The position numbers and the translations under genes are program-made. Under the pieces are notes generated by a model. The model made no database searches. It had not been told where the DNA came from and worked only from the letters and a program-made list of their open reading frames with translations. Shown piece after piece: positions 1 through 9,866 of a DNA stretch of 64,000 bases. Position 1 is the first letter of the stretch; each line of letters starts with the position of its first letter. The DNA comes from a virus, in the IMG/VR virus record IMGVR_UViG_3300025276_004419, positions 1 to 64,000 of that record; one strand, written 5' to 3'.

Positions 1-2
1 TA

Positions 3-668
3 ATTGATATTAGCTATGACTTCAAACTATATCGTAAATTCGAAGACGAAGGAGTATCACTACGCTCTTTCTGTACTAACAACAACGCAGCTTATGTTGC
101 CGTTGAGCAAACGTATGGAGATCATTCGTACAATGGACACGCAAAAAAAGACGAAGCATTCCGAAACGACATGACCAACTTTGGTATCTTGATGGAAGTC
201 AATGGTATCGAAGAACCATTTGCTTGGTCTAGAGAATTAGTATCTAAAGTAAATAAAGAAGGAACTGGTTTATATTATAGCCCTACTCGTACCCCCTCTA
301 CAACATCTGAAGGCGAAGACGTAAGTGCTGTAGCTATAACATCAGAACAAATGAAAGATGTTAGGAGTGCCTTCCACGGATATTTTTCGTATATTGACGA
401 CTTCATTGAGGATATGAAGAAAGTATTCCCAACGTTAGGTGATGATTGGGGTGTTTATATTCCTGAGGTTAAATATTTGTCTCCTGAACCATTAGTTAAT
501 TACGATGATTTATCGTTAGTTGATTATGAAAATGTTCACTTTGTAGGAGATGCTTTATCAGCAAGGGGTATTACAGTATCAGGAGCACAAGGGATATACG
601 TTACAGATTATATTTTAAGTAAGAACAATCCAGATTACCCAGATTTTATAGAAAATAGTTTATTTTAA
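3..668 (+). CDS. FAD-dependent oxidoreductase (COG2509-like), 5'-truncated
   Basis: Frame is open from base 3 (IDISYDFKLYRK...RSFCTNNNAAYVAVE...YNGHAKK...TNFGILME), upstream of the listed 171 start. The RxFC..NGH..N.GIL and C-terminal HFVGD...RGITVSGAQG motifs fit this family. Confidence 0.65.
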   Translation: MDISYDFKLYRKFEDEGVSLRSFCTNNNAAYVAVEQTYGDHSYNGHAKKDEAFRNDMTNFGILMEVNGIEEPFAWSRELVSKVNKEGTGLYYSPTRTPSTTSEGEDVSAVAITSEQMKDVRSAFHGYFSYIDDFIEDMKKVFPTLGDDWGVYIPEVKYLSPEPLVNYDDLSLVDYENVHFVGDALSARGITVSGAQGIYVTDYILSKNNPDYPDFIENSLF

Positions 669-681
669 ATTAAAAACAGTT

Positions 682-963
682 ATGGCTAAGAAGAAAAAAT
701 TATACGAGTACAAGGAAATTAATTCACGAGGAGCTAATATCCATCTAGCAAGATATGTAGGTGAAGAAAATTGGAAATTCCACAGATGGGATGGTCCAGC
801 AATCGAACCTTATGATAAAGATAGTGAAATGGAAAAATCATTTTACCTAAATGGTATTCAATATGAGGAGGAAGCTTATAGTGAAATTATGCAAGAGCGT
901 GAAGGTTTACCTTGGTATAAAAACCAATCAATGAAAAATTCACTTCAAGATTACAGACATTAA
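682..963 (+). CDS. hypothetical protein with HRWDGPAIE motif
   Basis: 93-aa ORF; HRxDGPAIE-type motif is common in phage hypothetical proteins. Confidence 0.55.
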   Translation: MAKKKKLYEYKEINSRGANIHLARYVGEENWKFHRWDGPAIEPYDKDSEMEKSFYLNGIQYEEEAYSEIMQEREGLPWYKNQSMKNSLQDYRH

Positions 964-964
964 T

Positions 965-1360
965 ATGGAAAAACCAATTGTAATTAATGCTAAAGAGTGT
1001 AAAGAATGTAACGTTCCTAAAGGATGGGGACATGAAATTATATTCGAAAACAACGAACTTTATTGTGGTAAGTTACTAGTATTTAAAAAGGGTTGCAATT
1101 TTAGCATGCACTACCATCTTATTAAAGATGAAACTTGGTATGTTCAAGAAGGCGAATTTTTATATCGTTGGGTTGATACTGAAACTGGTGAGGTCCATGA
1201 ACAAAAATTACGTGAAGGTGATAGTGTGAGACAATACCCAGGACAACCACATCAAGTTAAAGCGTTAACTGATGGTACATTATTTGAGGTAAGTACAGAA
1301 CACTTTGATAGTGATAGCTACAGAGTATATAGAAAATGGTTAGATAATAAAGACGTATGA
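965..1360 (+). CDS. cupin-fold protein (sugar isomerase-like)
   Basis: Cupin motifs SMHYHLIKDETWYV and PGQPHQV...EVSTEH. Confidence 0.75.
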   Translation: MEKPIVINAKECKECNVPKGWGHEIIFENNELYCGKLLVFKKGCNFSMHYHLIKDETWYVQEGEFLYRWVDTETGEVHEQKLREGDSVRQYPGQPHQVKALTDGTLFEVSTEHFDSDSYRVYRKWLDNKDV

Positions 1361-1887
1361 AAATAGGATTATGTGGTACAATGAGTGTGGGTAAAACCAC
1401 ACTCGTTAATGCCTTAAAAGAACTCCCTGAATTCAAGGATTACATGTTTAGAACAGAACGTTCTAAGGAATTAATGGCTCAGGGTATTCCATTAAACACT
1501 GATTCAACATTAAAGGGACAGACAGTATTTTTAGCTGAACGTACAGGTGAATTAATGGTAGAAAATATTATTACAGATAGAACTGTAATTGATGTTATGG
1601 CGTTTGCTCGTGCTTCTAAATCCATCAACTCACCAGATAAGGATTTATTTGAAGATTATGCTAAACGTTTTATAAAAGAATACGATTATATATTTTATGT
1701 CTCACCTGTAGGAGTAGAAATAGAAGATAATGGTATTAGAGAAACTAATGTAGATTACAGAGACTTAATTGATTATACTATTAGTAAAATATTAGATGAA
1801 CAAAAGCATCGTATTAAAAATCTTAATACATTATCAGGCAGCACCGAAAAACGCATTGAACAAATGTTAGAGGCGCTTTCTTCGTAA
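1357..1887 (+). CDS. P-loop NTPase/nucleotide kinase (AAA_28/NadR-like)
   Basis: N-terminal GTMSVGKTT Walker A, ITDRTVID and YDYIFYV motifs. Confidence 0.7.
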   Translation: MKIGLCGTMSVGKTTLVNALKELPEFKDYMFRTERSKELMAQGIPLNTDSTLKGQTVFLAERTGELMVENIITDRTVIDVMAFARASKSINSPDKDLFEDYAKRFIKEYDYIFYVSPVGVEIEDNGIRETNVDYRDLIDYTISKILDEQKHRIKNLNTLSGSTEKRIEQMLEALSS

Positions 1888-1895
1888 TATTTATA
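1887..1895 (+). promoter_or_regulatory. ATAT[T/G]TAT[A/T] putative late promoter
   Basis: ATATTTATA before 1912. Confidence 0.6.
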
Positions 1896-1911
1896 ATAAA
1901 ATAATATTATC

Positions 1912-2259
1912 ATGAAACGTAGAGAATTAGCAGAATATATTAAAGAAACTATTGTAGATGTGCTCACAGAAGTATCTCAAGAAGATGTTGATACAGCTAA
2001 AGCTTATAATGATGAATTAGAAAAAACTAAGGATCTAACAGCTGATTTAACTGAAGATGATGATGTAGAACCAACATCTAAAGATATTAAAAAAGACGAT
2101 TCAATTTCTACTATTTCTCGTAAACTACAGGATACTAATAAAGAAATGAAAGCTGTAGTTAATAAATGGAAAAAAGCAGAAGGTGAAGATAAAGAACGTT
2201 TATTAGTTCGCTTAAAAGATTTAACTAAAATTAAGAAAGAGCTTGAAGGACTTATTTAA
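1912..2259 (+). CDS. hypothetical acidic/coiled-coil protein, possibly head-associated
   Basis: 115-aa ORF preceded by the ATATTTATA motif; contains IKE/LTE sites. Confidence 0.5.
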   Translation: MKRRELAEYIKETIVDVLTEVSQEDVDTAKAYNDELEKTKDLTADLTEDDDVEPTSKDIKKDDSISTISRKLQDTNKEMKAVVNKWKKAEGEDKERLLVRLKDLTKIKKELEGLI

Positions 2260-2821
2260 AAATATTCAAACTCTACTAGTTGTAGCATTAGCAGCACTTT
2301 TATTATATCAAAGAGGCTGCTCTTCTACCCCTCCGGTAGAACCTGAAATTATTACTGAGGTAATAACTAGATGGGATACATTAAAGGTGGCTACAAAAGA
2401 GTATGTGCCCAAATATATTAGAAAAACAGTAGTAGAAATTGATACTTTTCAAGTACCTATTGATACTATGAGTATTTTAAGAGATTACTACGCAAAATAT
2501 TTTTACACTGATACTATTAAGGTTGATAGCCTTGGTTTTATAGTGATAAATGATACGGTTACTCGTAACTTAATATCAAAACGAGATGTTCAATCCAACA
2601 TATTCATCCCAACAACTACAATTAATAATACTATTTACCTCTACAAACGTGAACTCTTTGGGGGCATTTCGGTAGGTAGTACCCCCTCAGCAATTCAAAA
2701 CCTTAGTGGTGAGTTGTTATTCGTAAATAAAAAAAGACAAGCATACGGTTTTGGTTTAGGTTTAAACAATAATTTCGACCCTATATATACAGCCCGTTTG
2801 TACTGGAAAATAGGTAAATAA
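2243..2821 (+). CDS. membrane-anchored/lipoprotein-like hypothetical protein
   Basis: Hydrophobic N-terminus ending ...LLYQRGC, beta-rich C-terminus; TTG start. Confidence 0.5.
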   Translation: MKDLFKNIQTLLVVALAALLLYQRGCSSTPPVEPEIITEVITRWDTLKVATKEYVPKYIRKTVVEIDTFQVPIDTMSILRDYYAKYFYTDTIKVDSLGFIVINDTVTRNLISKRDVQSNIFIPTTTINNTIYLYKRELFGGISVGSTPSAIQNLSGELLFVNKKRQAYGFGLGLNNNFDPIYTARLYWKIGK

Positions 2822-4401
2822 TGGCAGAACCTAATTTAAGGCAAATAATACAATCTGAATACATTAAATGTGCTTCTGACCCAGTTCATTTTATGAAAAA
2901 GTACTGTATGATTCAACACCCACAACGTGGGCGTATTCCATTCCAACTGTACCCATTTCAAGAAAAAGTTTTAACTTTATTTCAAGATAATCCATATTCA
3001 ATTATCCTTAAATCTAGACAGTTAGGTATTTCTACTTTAGGTGCTGGGTATTCTTTATGGTTAATGTTGTTTCATAAGGATAAAAACGTACTTTGTATTG
3101 CGACAAAACAGGATACGGCTAAAAACATGGTTACTAAGGTTAAATTCATGTATGAAAATTTACCTTCATGGCTTAAAATAGATGCACCTGAAAATAATAA
3201 ATTAACATTACGCTTAAGTAATGGATCACAAATTAAAGCAACATCAGCATCAAGTGATGCAGGTAGATCAGAAGCAGTTTCTTTACTACTAATTGATGAA
3301 GCTGCTTTTATTGATAATATTGGTGAAATTTGGGCTTCAGCTCAACAAACACTAGCAACTGGTGGTGGGTGTATAGCACTATCTACCCCTTATGGTACAG
3401 GTAACTGGTTCCATCAAACATGGGTTAGAGCAGAAAATGCTGAAAACGATTTTTTACCCATTAAACTCCCTTGGTACGTCCATCCTGAACGTGATCAAAC
3501 ATGGAGAGATAGACAAGATGAATTATTAGGTGATCCTAGAATGGCAGCACAAGAGTGTGATTGCGATTTTAGCACCTCAGGTGATACTGTATTCTATGCT
3601 GAATACTTAGAATTTTATGAAAAAACTTATATTAAAGACCCACTTGAAAAGCGTGGTGCTGACCAAAATTTATGGATTTGGGAACCCGCTGATTATTCAA
3701 GAACCTATCTTGTTGTTGCCGATGTTGCTCGTGGAGATGGGAAAGATTATTCTGCGTTCCATATTATCGATATCGAAACAAATACTCAAATTGCTGAATA
3801 TAAAGGTCAATTAGGCACAAAAGAATTTGGTCATTTATTAGTTGGTATAGCTACTGAATACAATGAAGCACTTCTTGTAGTAGAAAATGCCTCAATCGGT
3901 TGGTCAACTATCCAAACTATTATAGACAGAGGATATACTAATCTTTATTACTCATCTAAAAGTGACTCCAGCAGAGCTGATTCGTATTTTGATAAATATA
4001 TGGATACGAGTAAAATGGTTCCTGGTTTTAGTATGACATCTAGAGTTAGACCTTTAATAATAGGTAAACTTCAAGAGTATGTTAATGATAAATCAGTTAC
4101 ATTCCAATCAAAACGTTTACTTGAGGAAATGAAAGTATTTATGTGGAAAAATGGACGTGCTGAAGCTCAACAGGGTTATAATGATGATTTAGTTATGGCA
4201 TTTGGAATTGGTATGTTTATGCGTGATACATCGTTTAAATTTAATCAACAACATTTAGACATGAGTAAAGCTACATTAAACGGCATGTCAACAAATAAAA
4301 CAGCATTTGTAGGGGGGTATAGTAATAACAGTGCCACTCTAAACCCATATGAAATAGAAAATCCATATGGTGGGAAAGAAGACATTAGTTGGATTCTCTA
4401 A
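2821..4401 (+). CDS. terL: terminase large subunit (T4 gp17-like)
   Basis: KSRQLGIST Walker A, LLLIDEAAF Walker B, STPYG motif, nuclease ADVARGDGKDYS and NDDLVMA. Confidence 0.95.
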   Translation: MAEPNLRQIIQSEYIKCASDPVHFMKKYCMIQHPQRGRIPFQLYPFQEKVLTLFQDNPYSIILKSRQLGISTLGAGYSLWLMLFHKDKNVLCIATKQDTAKNMVTKVKFMYENLPSWLKIDAPENNKLTLRLSNGSQIKATSASSDAGRSEAVSLLLIDEAAFIDNIGEIWASAQQTLATGGGCIALSTPYGTGNWFHQTWVRAENAENDFLPIKLPWYVHPERDQTWRDRQDELLGDPRMAAQECDCDFSTSGDTVFYAEYLEFYEKTYIKDPLEKRGADQNLWIWEPADYSRTYLVVADVARGDGKDYSAFHIIDIETNTQIAEYKGQLGTKEFGHLLVGIATEYNEALLVVENASIGWSTIQTIIDRGYTNLYYSSKSDSSRADSYFDKYMDTSKMVPGFSMTSRVRPLIIGKLQEYVNDKSVTFQSKRLLEEMKVFMWKNGRAEAQQGYNDDLVMAFGIGMFMRDTSFKFNQQHLDMSKATLNGMSTNKTAFVGGYSNNSATLNPYEIENPYGGKEDISWIL

Positions 4402-4404
4402 ACA

Positions 4405-4413
4405 ATATTTATA
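4405..4413 (+). promoter_or_regulatory. putative late promoter
   Basis: ATATTTATA before portal. Confidence 0.65.
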
Positions 4414-4428
4414 ATAATAACAAACATT

Positions 4429-6291
4429 ATGGCTGATAAAGGCTTATTTAAAAGACTGGAGAGATTATTTGCATCCGATGTAGTAATCCGGAATGTAGGA
4501 GGTAATCAACTTAAAGTAATTGATACAGACCATATCCAAACTTCTGGTGAATTTCAAACAAATTCATTAATGGATCGCTTTACAGGCATCTATCAGAACC
4601 CAGCATCTACCTCATTATACGGACAACAGTTCAACATGAACTACCAGTATTTAAGGACATACCTTTATTCAGATTATGATTTAATGGATACAGATGCTAT
4701 TGTTGCATCTGCTCTTGATATTATTGCTGATGAGTGTACCCTAAAAAATGATATGGGTGAAGTGCTTCAAATCAAATCATCAGATGAAGACATTCAAAAG
4801 ATTCTATACAATTTATTTTACGATGTTTTAAACGTAGAATTTAACCTTTGGGCTTGGACACGCCAAATGTGTAAGTATGGTGATTTTTTCCTTAAACTAG
4901 AGATATCAGAAAAATTTGGTGTTTATAATGTGATTCCTTATTCAGCGTATCATATTGAACGTAAAGAAAACTTCGATCCTGAAGCACCATCAAGAGTAGT
5001 ATTTACTTATAACCCTGAGGGTGTTATGGGAGGTTCGTCATCAGGTTACTATACTTCACCTAATCAAAATGCTGCCTCAAATACTATTGAATTTGATAAT
5101 TACGAAATTGCTCACTTTAGATTAATTTCAGACGTAAATTATCTTCCTTATGGTCGTTCATATATTGAGCCTGGTCGTAAATTATTTAAACAATATTCAT
5201 TAATGGAGGATGCTATGTTAATTCATAGAATCGTACGTGCTCCTGAAAAGAGAATATTTTATGTAAATGTAGGGTCTATACCTCCAAATGAAGTAGAAAA
5301 CTTCATGCAGAAAACGATTTCAACAATGAAGCGTACTCCGCTAATAGACCAAAAAACAGGTGAATACAATTTAAAATACAACCAACAAAACATCATGGAA
5401 GACTTTTATATTCCTGTTAGAGGGAATGATCAGTCAACTAAAATCGATACCACAAAAGGTTTAGATTATGCTGCAATTGAGGATGTAGAATACTTAAGAG
5501 AAAAATTATTTGCTGCTCTTAAAGTGCCTAAAGCATTTATGGGATACGATGAGAATCTCTCAGGTAAAGCAACATTAGCAGCTGAGGATATCCGTTTTGG
5601 TCGCACAATTGACAGATTACAACGTATATTACTATCAGAATTATATAAAATTGCATTAGTCCATTTATATGCTCAAGGGTATAGAGATGAACAAATGACG
5701 AACTTTGAGTTAGGTTTAACCACTCCATCAATTATTTACGATCAAGAAAAGATCGCATTAATGAAAGAAAAAGTGGATCTAGCTGGTCAAATCATGGAAA
5801 ATAAATTACTCCCAACGGATTGGATTTATGATCATATCTTCCACTTTAGTGAAGATGAGTATGAGGAATATAGAGACTTAATAGTTCAAGATCAGAAACG
5901 CCAATTCCGTAACAACCAAATCGAAACTGAAGGAAATGATCCTGTTACAACAGGTCGTTCATATGGTACTCCACATGATTTAGCTTCATTATATGGAACT
6001 GGCAGAGTAGATTCAGACCCAGCTAATGTACCTGATGGGTATAATGAAAAAGTACCTTTAGGTCGCCCAGAAGAAAAGGCATCTAATATTAATACTCAAG
6101 ATAATGTCTTTGGTAAAGATCGTTTAGGTAAAAAAGCAATGAAGGTAGATGATCAACCTGGTTTAAACGAAGGCGCTAGTAAGCAATTCTTAAAAAATCG
6201 TTCTTTGTTAGAATCAATGCAAAAAGAATTAGTTTTTACTTCCGATAAAAAGAAGGAATCACTATTAGATGAATCAAACATTAAAGAGTAA
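4429..6291 (+). CDS. portal protein (T4 gp20-like)
   Basis: LMEDAMLIHRIVRAPEKRIFYVNVG, MEDFYIP, LFAALKVP, EDIRF motifs; follows terminase. Confidence 0.93.
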   Translation: MADKGLFKRLERLFASDVVIRNVGGNQLKVIDTDHIQTSGEFQTNSLMDRFTGIYQNPASTSLYGQQFNMNYQYLRTYLYSDYDLMDTDAIVASALDIIADECTLKNDMGEVLQIKSSDEDIQKILYNLFYDVLNVEFNLWAWTRQMCKYGDFFLKLEISEKFGVYNVIPYSAYHIERKENFDPEAPSRVVFTYNPEGVMGGSSSGYYTSPNQNAASNTIEFDNYEIAHFRLISDVNYLPYGRSYIEPGRKLFKQYSLMEDAMLIHRIVRAPEKRIFYVNVGSIPPNEVENFMQKTISTMKRTPLIDQKTGEYNLKYNQQNIMEDFYIPVRGNDQSTKIDTTKGLDYAAIEDVEYLREKLFAALKVPKAFMGYDENLSGKATLAAEDIRFGRTIDRLQRILLSELYKIALVHLYAQGYRDEQMTNFELGLTTPSIIYDQEKIALMKEKVDLAGQIMENKLLPTDWIYDHIFHFSEDEYEEYRDLIVQDQKRQFRNNQIETEGNDPVTTGRSYGTPHDLASLYGTGRVDSDPANVPDGYNEKVPLGRPEEKASNINTQDNVFGKDRLGKKAMKVDDQPGLNEGASKQFLKNRSLLESMQKELVFTSDKKKESLLDESNIKE

Positions 6292-6302
6292 TATCTCCTT
6301 AT

Positions 6303-6311
6303 ATATTTATA
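6303..6311 (+). promoter_or_regulatory. putative late promoter
   Basis: ATATTTATA before 6328. Confidence 0.6.
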
Positions 6312-6327
6312 ATAAATCCTATTAGGA

Positions 6328-7185
6328 ATGAACATTAAACATTCGAAGTATAAAAATACTGGTATTCTTTTTGAATTATTAGTTCGCCAAGTAACAGCTG
6401 ACACCTTGAATGGTGTAGAGTCTGCTGCTATAAAACTAATTCAAAAATATTTCGTCAAATCCGAATTGGGGAAGGAATATAAACTATACGAAGCGTTAAC
6501 TAAAACAACTACTCTTACTGAAGGTAAGGCTAATATTTTAGTTCAAACTTTATTAGAATCTTCTAAAAAATTAAATCGTAGAGCTCTTAAAAGAGAAAAA
6601 TACAATTTAATTAACGAGATTAAAGATAGTTATAATTTAGAAGAATTCTTTAAAACAAAACTTCCACATTATAAAGTACATGCTGCTTATTATATGTTAT
6701 CGGAAGTCCAAAGTACAGAAGCTTTAGTAGATACTAATATTATTGTTAATAATAAAATAACTCTCCTAGAACATCTTTCTACTTCAAATATTAGTGAAGA
6801 AAAAGTTGAAGCTGAAGTATTAAAAGAATTCCAATCATACGATAAAGATACTCGTATGCTTACCTATAGAATCCTAATGGAGAAATTCAATGGTAAGTAT
6901 GATGGTTTACACTCGAGCCAAAAAGAGGTACTTAGACAATATGTTAATTCAGTTGATTCAACCCCAGTATTAAGAGAATTTTATAATACTGAAGTAAGTA
7001 AAATTAAAACCCAATTAAACGAACTGTTATCTCAAATCACTGACAAAGCTGTTCAAATAAAAATCACTGAAGTAAGTACTTTAATTGAGGAGCTAGATAA
7101 AACCACGAATGTAACATCAGATAACATCGTAAATATTCTTCAATACCTAGAATTAGTAGAAGAATTAAAAACTGCTCATGGCTAA
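6328..7185 (+). CDS. hypothetical protein (head module)
   Basis: 285-aa helical ORF between portal and protease. Confidence 0.55.
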   Translation: MNIKHSKYKNTGILFELLVRQVTADTLNGVESAAIKLIQKYFVKSELGKEYKLYEALTKTTTLTEGKANILVQTLLESSKKLNRRALKREKYNLINEIKDSYNLEEFFKTKLPHYKVHAAYYMLSEVQSTEALVDTNIIVNNKITLLEHLSTSNISEEKVEAEVLKEFQSYDKDTRMLTYRILMEKFNGKYDGLHSSQKEVLRQYVNSVDSTPVLREFYNTEVSKIKTQLNELLSQITDKAVQIKITEVSTLIEELDKTTNVTSDNIVNILQYLELVEELKTAHG

Positions 7186-7744
7186 AATTGGCGATACTGA
7201 AGTAAAAGGTGGCATACAAACCACAGTAACTAATATTGACCCGGCAACGGGTCAAATTACTTGGGACGTTGAATATTCAGCTGATTACCAAAAACTATTT
7301 AAGGATATTACTGACCTAATGAAAACAGCTAAAGAAGTAGCTGATCTTACAGGTGAGACTTTTTTTAGAGATCATTATTTAGATATTAAAAAGCGAAGAA
7401 ATGAGCTAAGAACTTATTTACGCAATAATAAAGCTGAAGAATATTCTCGTATTAAAGGAATGAATGAAATGAGTGGTACCGGAGGTGGTGGTGCTTCTTT
7501 TAGTGTTGGTACAGGAGCACAATACGCTACTCCAAAAGCATTTAAAAAGAAAAAAGACATTAACGAATCATCCCCAGGTTCTACTTTAGGTCCCGGACCT
7601 AAAGCAAGTGAAGATGGTGTTAAAGATAATTATTACGTAAAAGGGTTTAAATATAAATTAGTTGACCCTAAAAAGTTAGCAAAACAATCCAAAGCCATAG
7701 ATACTAAATATTTATGGGCACCAGATACGTTCGTTAAAGAATAA
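7178..7744 (+). CDS. putative head protein carrying a capsid N-arm-like peptide
   Basis: Contains MNEMSGTGGGGASFSVGTGAQYATP, similar to MCP LVTEQSQTGGTANFSVGTGEQWA. Confidence 0.5.
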   Translation: MAKIGDTEVKGGIQTTVTNIDPATGQITWDVEYSADYQKLFKDITDLMKTAKEVADLTGETFFRDHYLDIKKRRNELRTYLRNNKAEEYSRIKGMNEMSGTGGGGASFSVGTGAQYATPKAFKKKKDINESSPGSTLGPGPKASEDGVKDNYYVKGFKYKLVDPKKLAKQSKAIDTKYLWAPDTFVKE

Positions 7745-7748
7745 TAAT

Positions 7749-7994
7749 ATGTATAAGTATAAATTAAATTTAAAAGAACGCGATGAAAGTCGAGCAGCAT
7801 ATCAAGAAAAACGTATCGCTGCTTTTCAAGATATCGAAAAATACTTAAATAGTTTATACCCTTTAATAGATAAAGCTAAAGATGAAACAATAGCTTACTA
7901 TCAGGATAAACCAGAGTCATACAGTGTTGTATATGCTACTGATTTAATACTAGATTATTTAAAAGACATTGATAAATTATTAAAACAACAATAA
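7749..7994 (+). CDS. hypothetical protein
   Basis: 81-aa ORF in tight operon. Confidence 0.5.
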   Translation: MYKYKLNLKERDESRAAYQEKRIAAFQDIEKYLNSLYPLIDKAKDETIAYYQDKPESYSVVYATDLILDYLKDIDKLLKQQ

Positions 7995-9076
7995 TGAAAA
8001 CATTACAAGAACAATACAATCTTATTAAAGAGGGTAAAGGTAATAAAGATACTTTTATGAAATCGGCCCGTAGTCAGTTTCCTAATATCTTTAATAATTT
8101 GTCAAGTTTTGACACTGCTACAAAAGTTATGAAGCAAAAACAAATCATTTCTGAAGTAGGTATTGGTGGTGTTGTTACAACTGCTGTTAATCCTTTTATT
8201 AATTGGAAAGAATTTTTGTCTGAAGATTATGCCATTCAAGAAAATCCTATTGATGCTCCTAAAACAATGGGTGCCAAAGATGTAAAAGTTGACAATAAAA
8301 AAATGTCTAAAGAAGTAGAAGATCTTCAAAACGAAACGGGTTTTGATTATAAAGATCCTAAAGATCTTGATAATTTATATGGTGAAGCATTTTTACAAGG
8401 TTACTATACTGAATTAAAAGACCCAGCTAACGAAGGTAAAGATGTAGCTGAACTAAAAGAAATTGTAGCTAAGAATTTAGCTAAAGATACAACTTATTAT
8501 ACTACTGAAGCTCAGTTTGGTATTAAAGGTATAGGGTATACTGACGAAGCACCCGGTCTAAAAGCTTCAAAATCAGACCAAATGGTCCCAGTAAAAGAAA
8601 ATATGATTAAATTAACAGATTTAATTAACGAAGCTGTTGCCGGTTACGTTGATTTACGTCCTATAGGGATGACAAATGAAAACGCAAGAACAGATGCTGA
8701 AGAAGAAGGCTATAAGGATGGTATGCGTGATGAAAAGGAAGATCTAAAAGATAAGCCTAAAAAGAAAAAAGCTAAAAAAGAATCAATTGATACTAAATTA
8801 GCTGAAATAGGTAAACAAGGTGATATCGTAAAATTAGAAGCACAAATAGCTTACGTTGATGAATCTATTGATTTAAAAAACGAAAGAATCACTATGGTAA
8901 CAGAAGATGAAAATCTATCTGAATTAGTAGATAAAACTAAAATGAAAGAAATGCAACGCGAAGTTAAGGATCTTGAAAGAAGAAGAGCTAAAATGGAAAA
9001 GTTGTATGAAAAAATGTGTGGTAAGGCTTACTCAAAACCAGAAATGGTAGATGAGGTAGACGAAATGGAATACTAG
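7994..9076 (+). CDS. putative prohead core/internal head protein
   Basis: Charged 360-aa ORF with many [LIV]xE sites; shares a 23-aa motif with the scaffold. Confidence 0.55.
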   Translation: MKTLQEQYNLIKEGKGNKDTFMKSARSQFPNIFNNLSSFDTATKVMKQKQIISEVGIGGVVTTAVNPFINWKEFLSEDYAIQENPIDAPKTMGAKDVKVDNKKMSKEVEDLQNETGFDYKDPKDLDNLYGEAFLQGYYTELKDPANEGKDVAELKEIVAKNLAKDTTYYTTEAQFGIKGIGYTDEAPGLKASKSDQMVPVKENMIKLTDLINEAVAGYVDLRPIGMTNENARTDAEEEGYKDGMRDEKEDLKDKPKKKKAKKESIDTKLAEIGKQGDIVKLEAQIAYVDESIDLKNERITMVTEDENLSELVDKTKMKEMQREVKDLERRRAKMEKLYEKMCGKAYSKPEMVDEVDEMEY

Positions 9077-9077
9077 A

Positions 9078-9683
9078 ATGAAAAAAGTACTAGTAGAAAC
9101 TCAAATTTTTAAACCTAAGGGTTTAATGCTTACCGAAGGGAAGCTCTCTAATAGAGGGAATCCTATGGTTGAGGGTATCCTAGCTACTGCTGAAGTAAAA
9201 AATGGTAATGGTCGTTACTACCCAAGAGAATTATGGGAACGTGAGATCGATAAATACATGGAATCAGTTAGTCAAAATAGAGCATTGGGTGAATTAGATC
9301 ACCCCGAATCCTCTGTTATTAACTTAAAAAATGTATCCCATAATATTACTGAAATGTGGTGGGACGGAGATGAAGTGTATGGTAAAATCGAAATACTACC
9401 TACCCCATCAGGTAACATCTTAAAAGCATTAATTGAAAATAATATTACTGTAGGTGTTTCATCCCGTGGGATGGGTTCACTTGAGGATAGAGGTGGTGTA
9501 TTAGAGGTACAAGATGACTTCGAATTACTATGTTGGGATTTTGTTTCAACTCCATCTAACCCAGGTTCATATATGGAAATTGTTACTGAAGGTAAAAAAG
9601 CTCAAATAAATAAATATCAAGGTGTTAATAGTATCGTAAATGAACTTTTATGCGCTAACACTTGCACTTGTTATTTAGACTAA
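9078..9683 (+). CDS. prohead protease (T4 gp21-like)
   Basis: NGRYYP, ALGELDHP (His), GVSSRGMGS (Ser), WDFVSTPS. Confidence 0.92.
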   Translation: MKKVLVETQIFKPKGLMLTEGKLSNRGNPMVEGILATAEVKNGNGRYYPRELWEREIDKYMESVSQNRALGELDHPESSVINLKNVSHNITEMWWDGDEVYGKIEILPTPSGNILKALIENNITVGVSSRGMGSLEDRGGVLEVQDDFELLCWDFVSTPSNPGSYMEIVTEGKKAQINKYQGVNSIVNELLCANTCTCYLD

Positions 9684-9710
9684 TACCTCTGTATTGAGGC
9701 GCTACCGAAA

Positions 9711-9737
9711 AACGCTCTCCGAAAGGGGGGCGTTTTT
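9711..9737 (+). terminator. intrinsic terminator after protease
   Basis: AACGCTCTCC-GAAA-GGGGGGCGTT followed by TTT. Confidence 0.65.
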
Positions 9738-9750
9738 CATGTCCCATTAT

Positions 9751-9759
9751 ATATGTATT
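9751..9759 (+). promoter_or_regulatory. putative late promoter (variant)
   Basis: ATATGTATT just after terminator, upstream of scaffold. Confidence 0.5.
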
Positions 9760-9866
9760 GCTGTAATGTGAGCAATATACTATTATCTATATAGTATTCA
9801 CTAATTAAATAATTCTAATTACGTCTCCTAATAGGCGTACTCCACAAACAAAATTTTGAGGTAATT

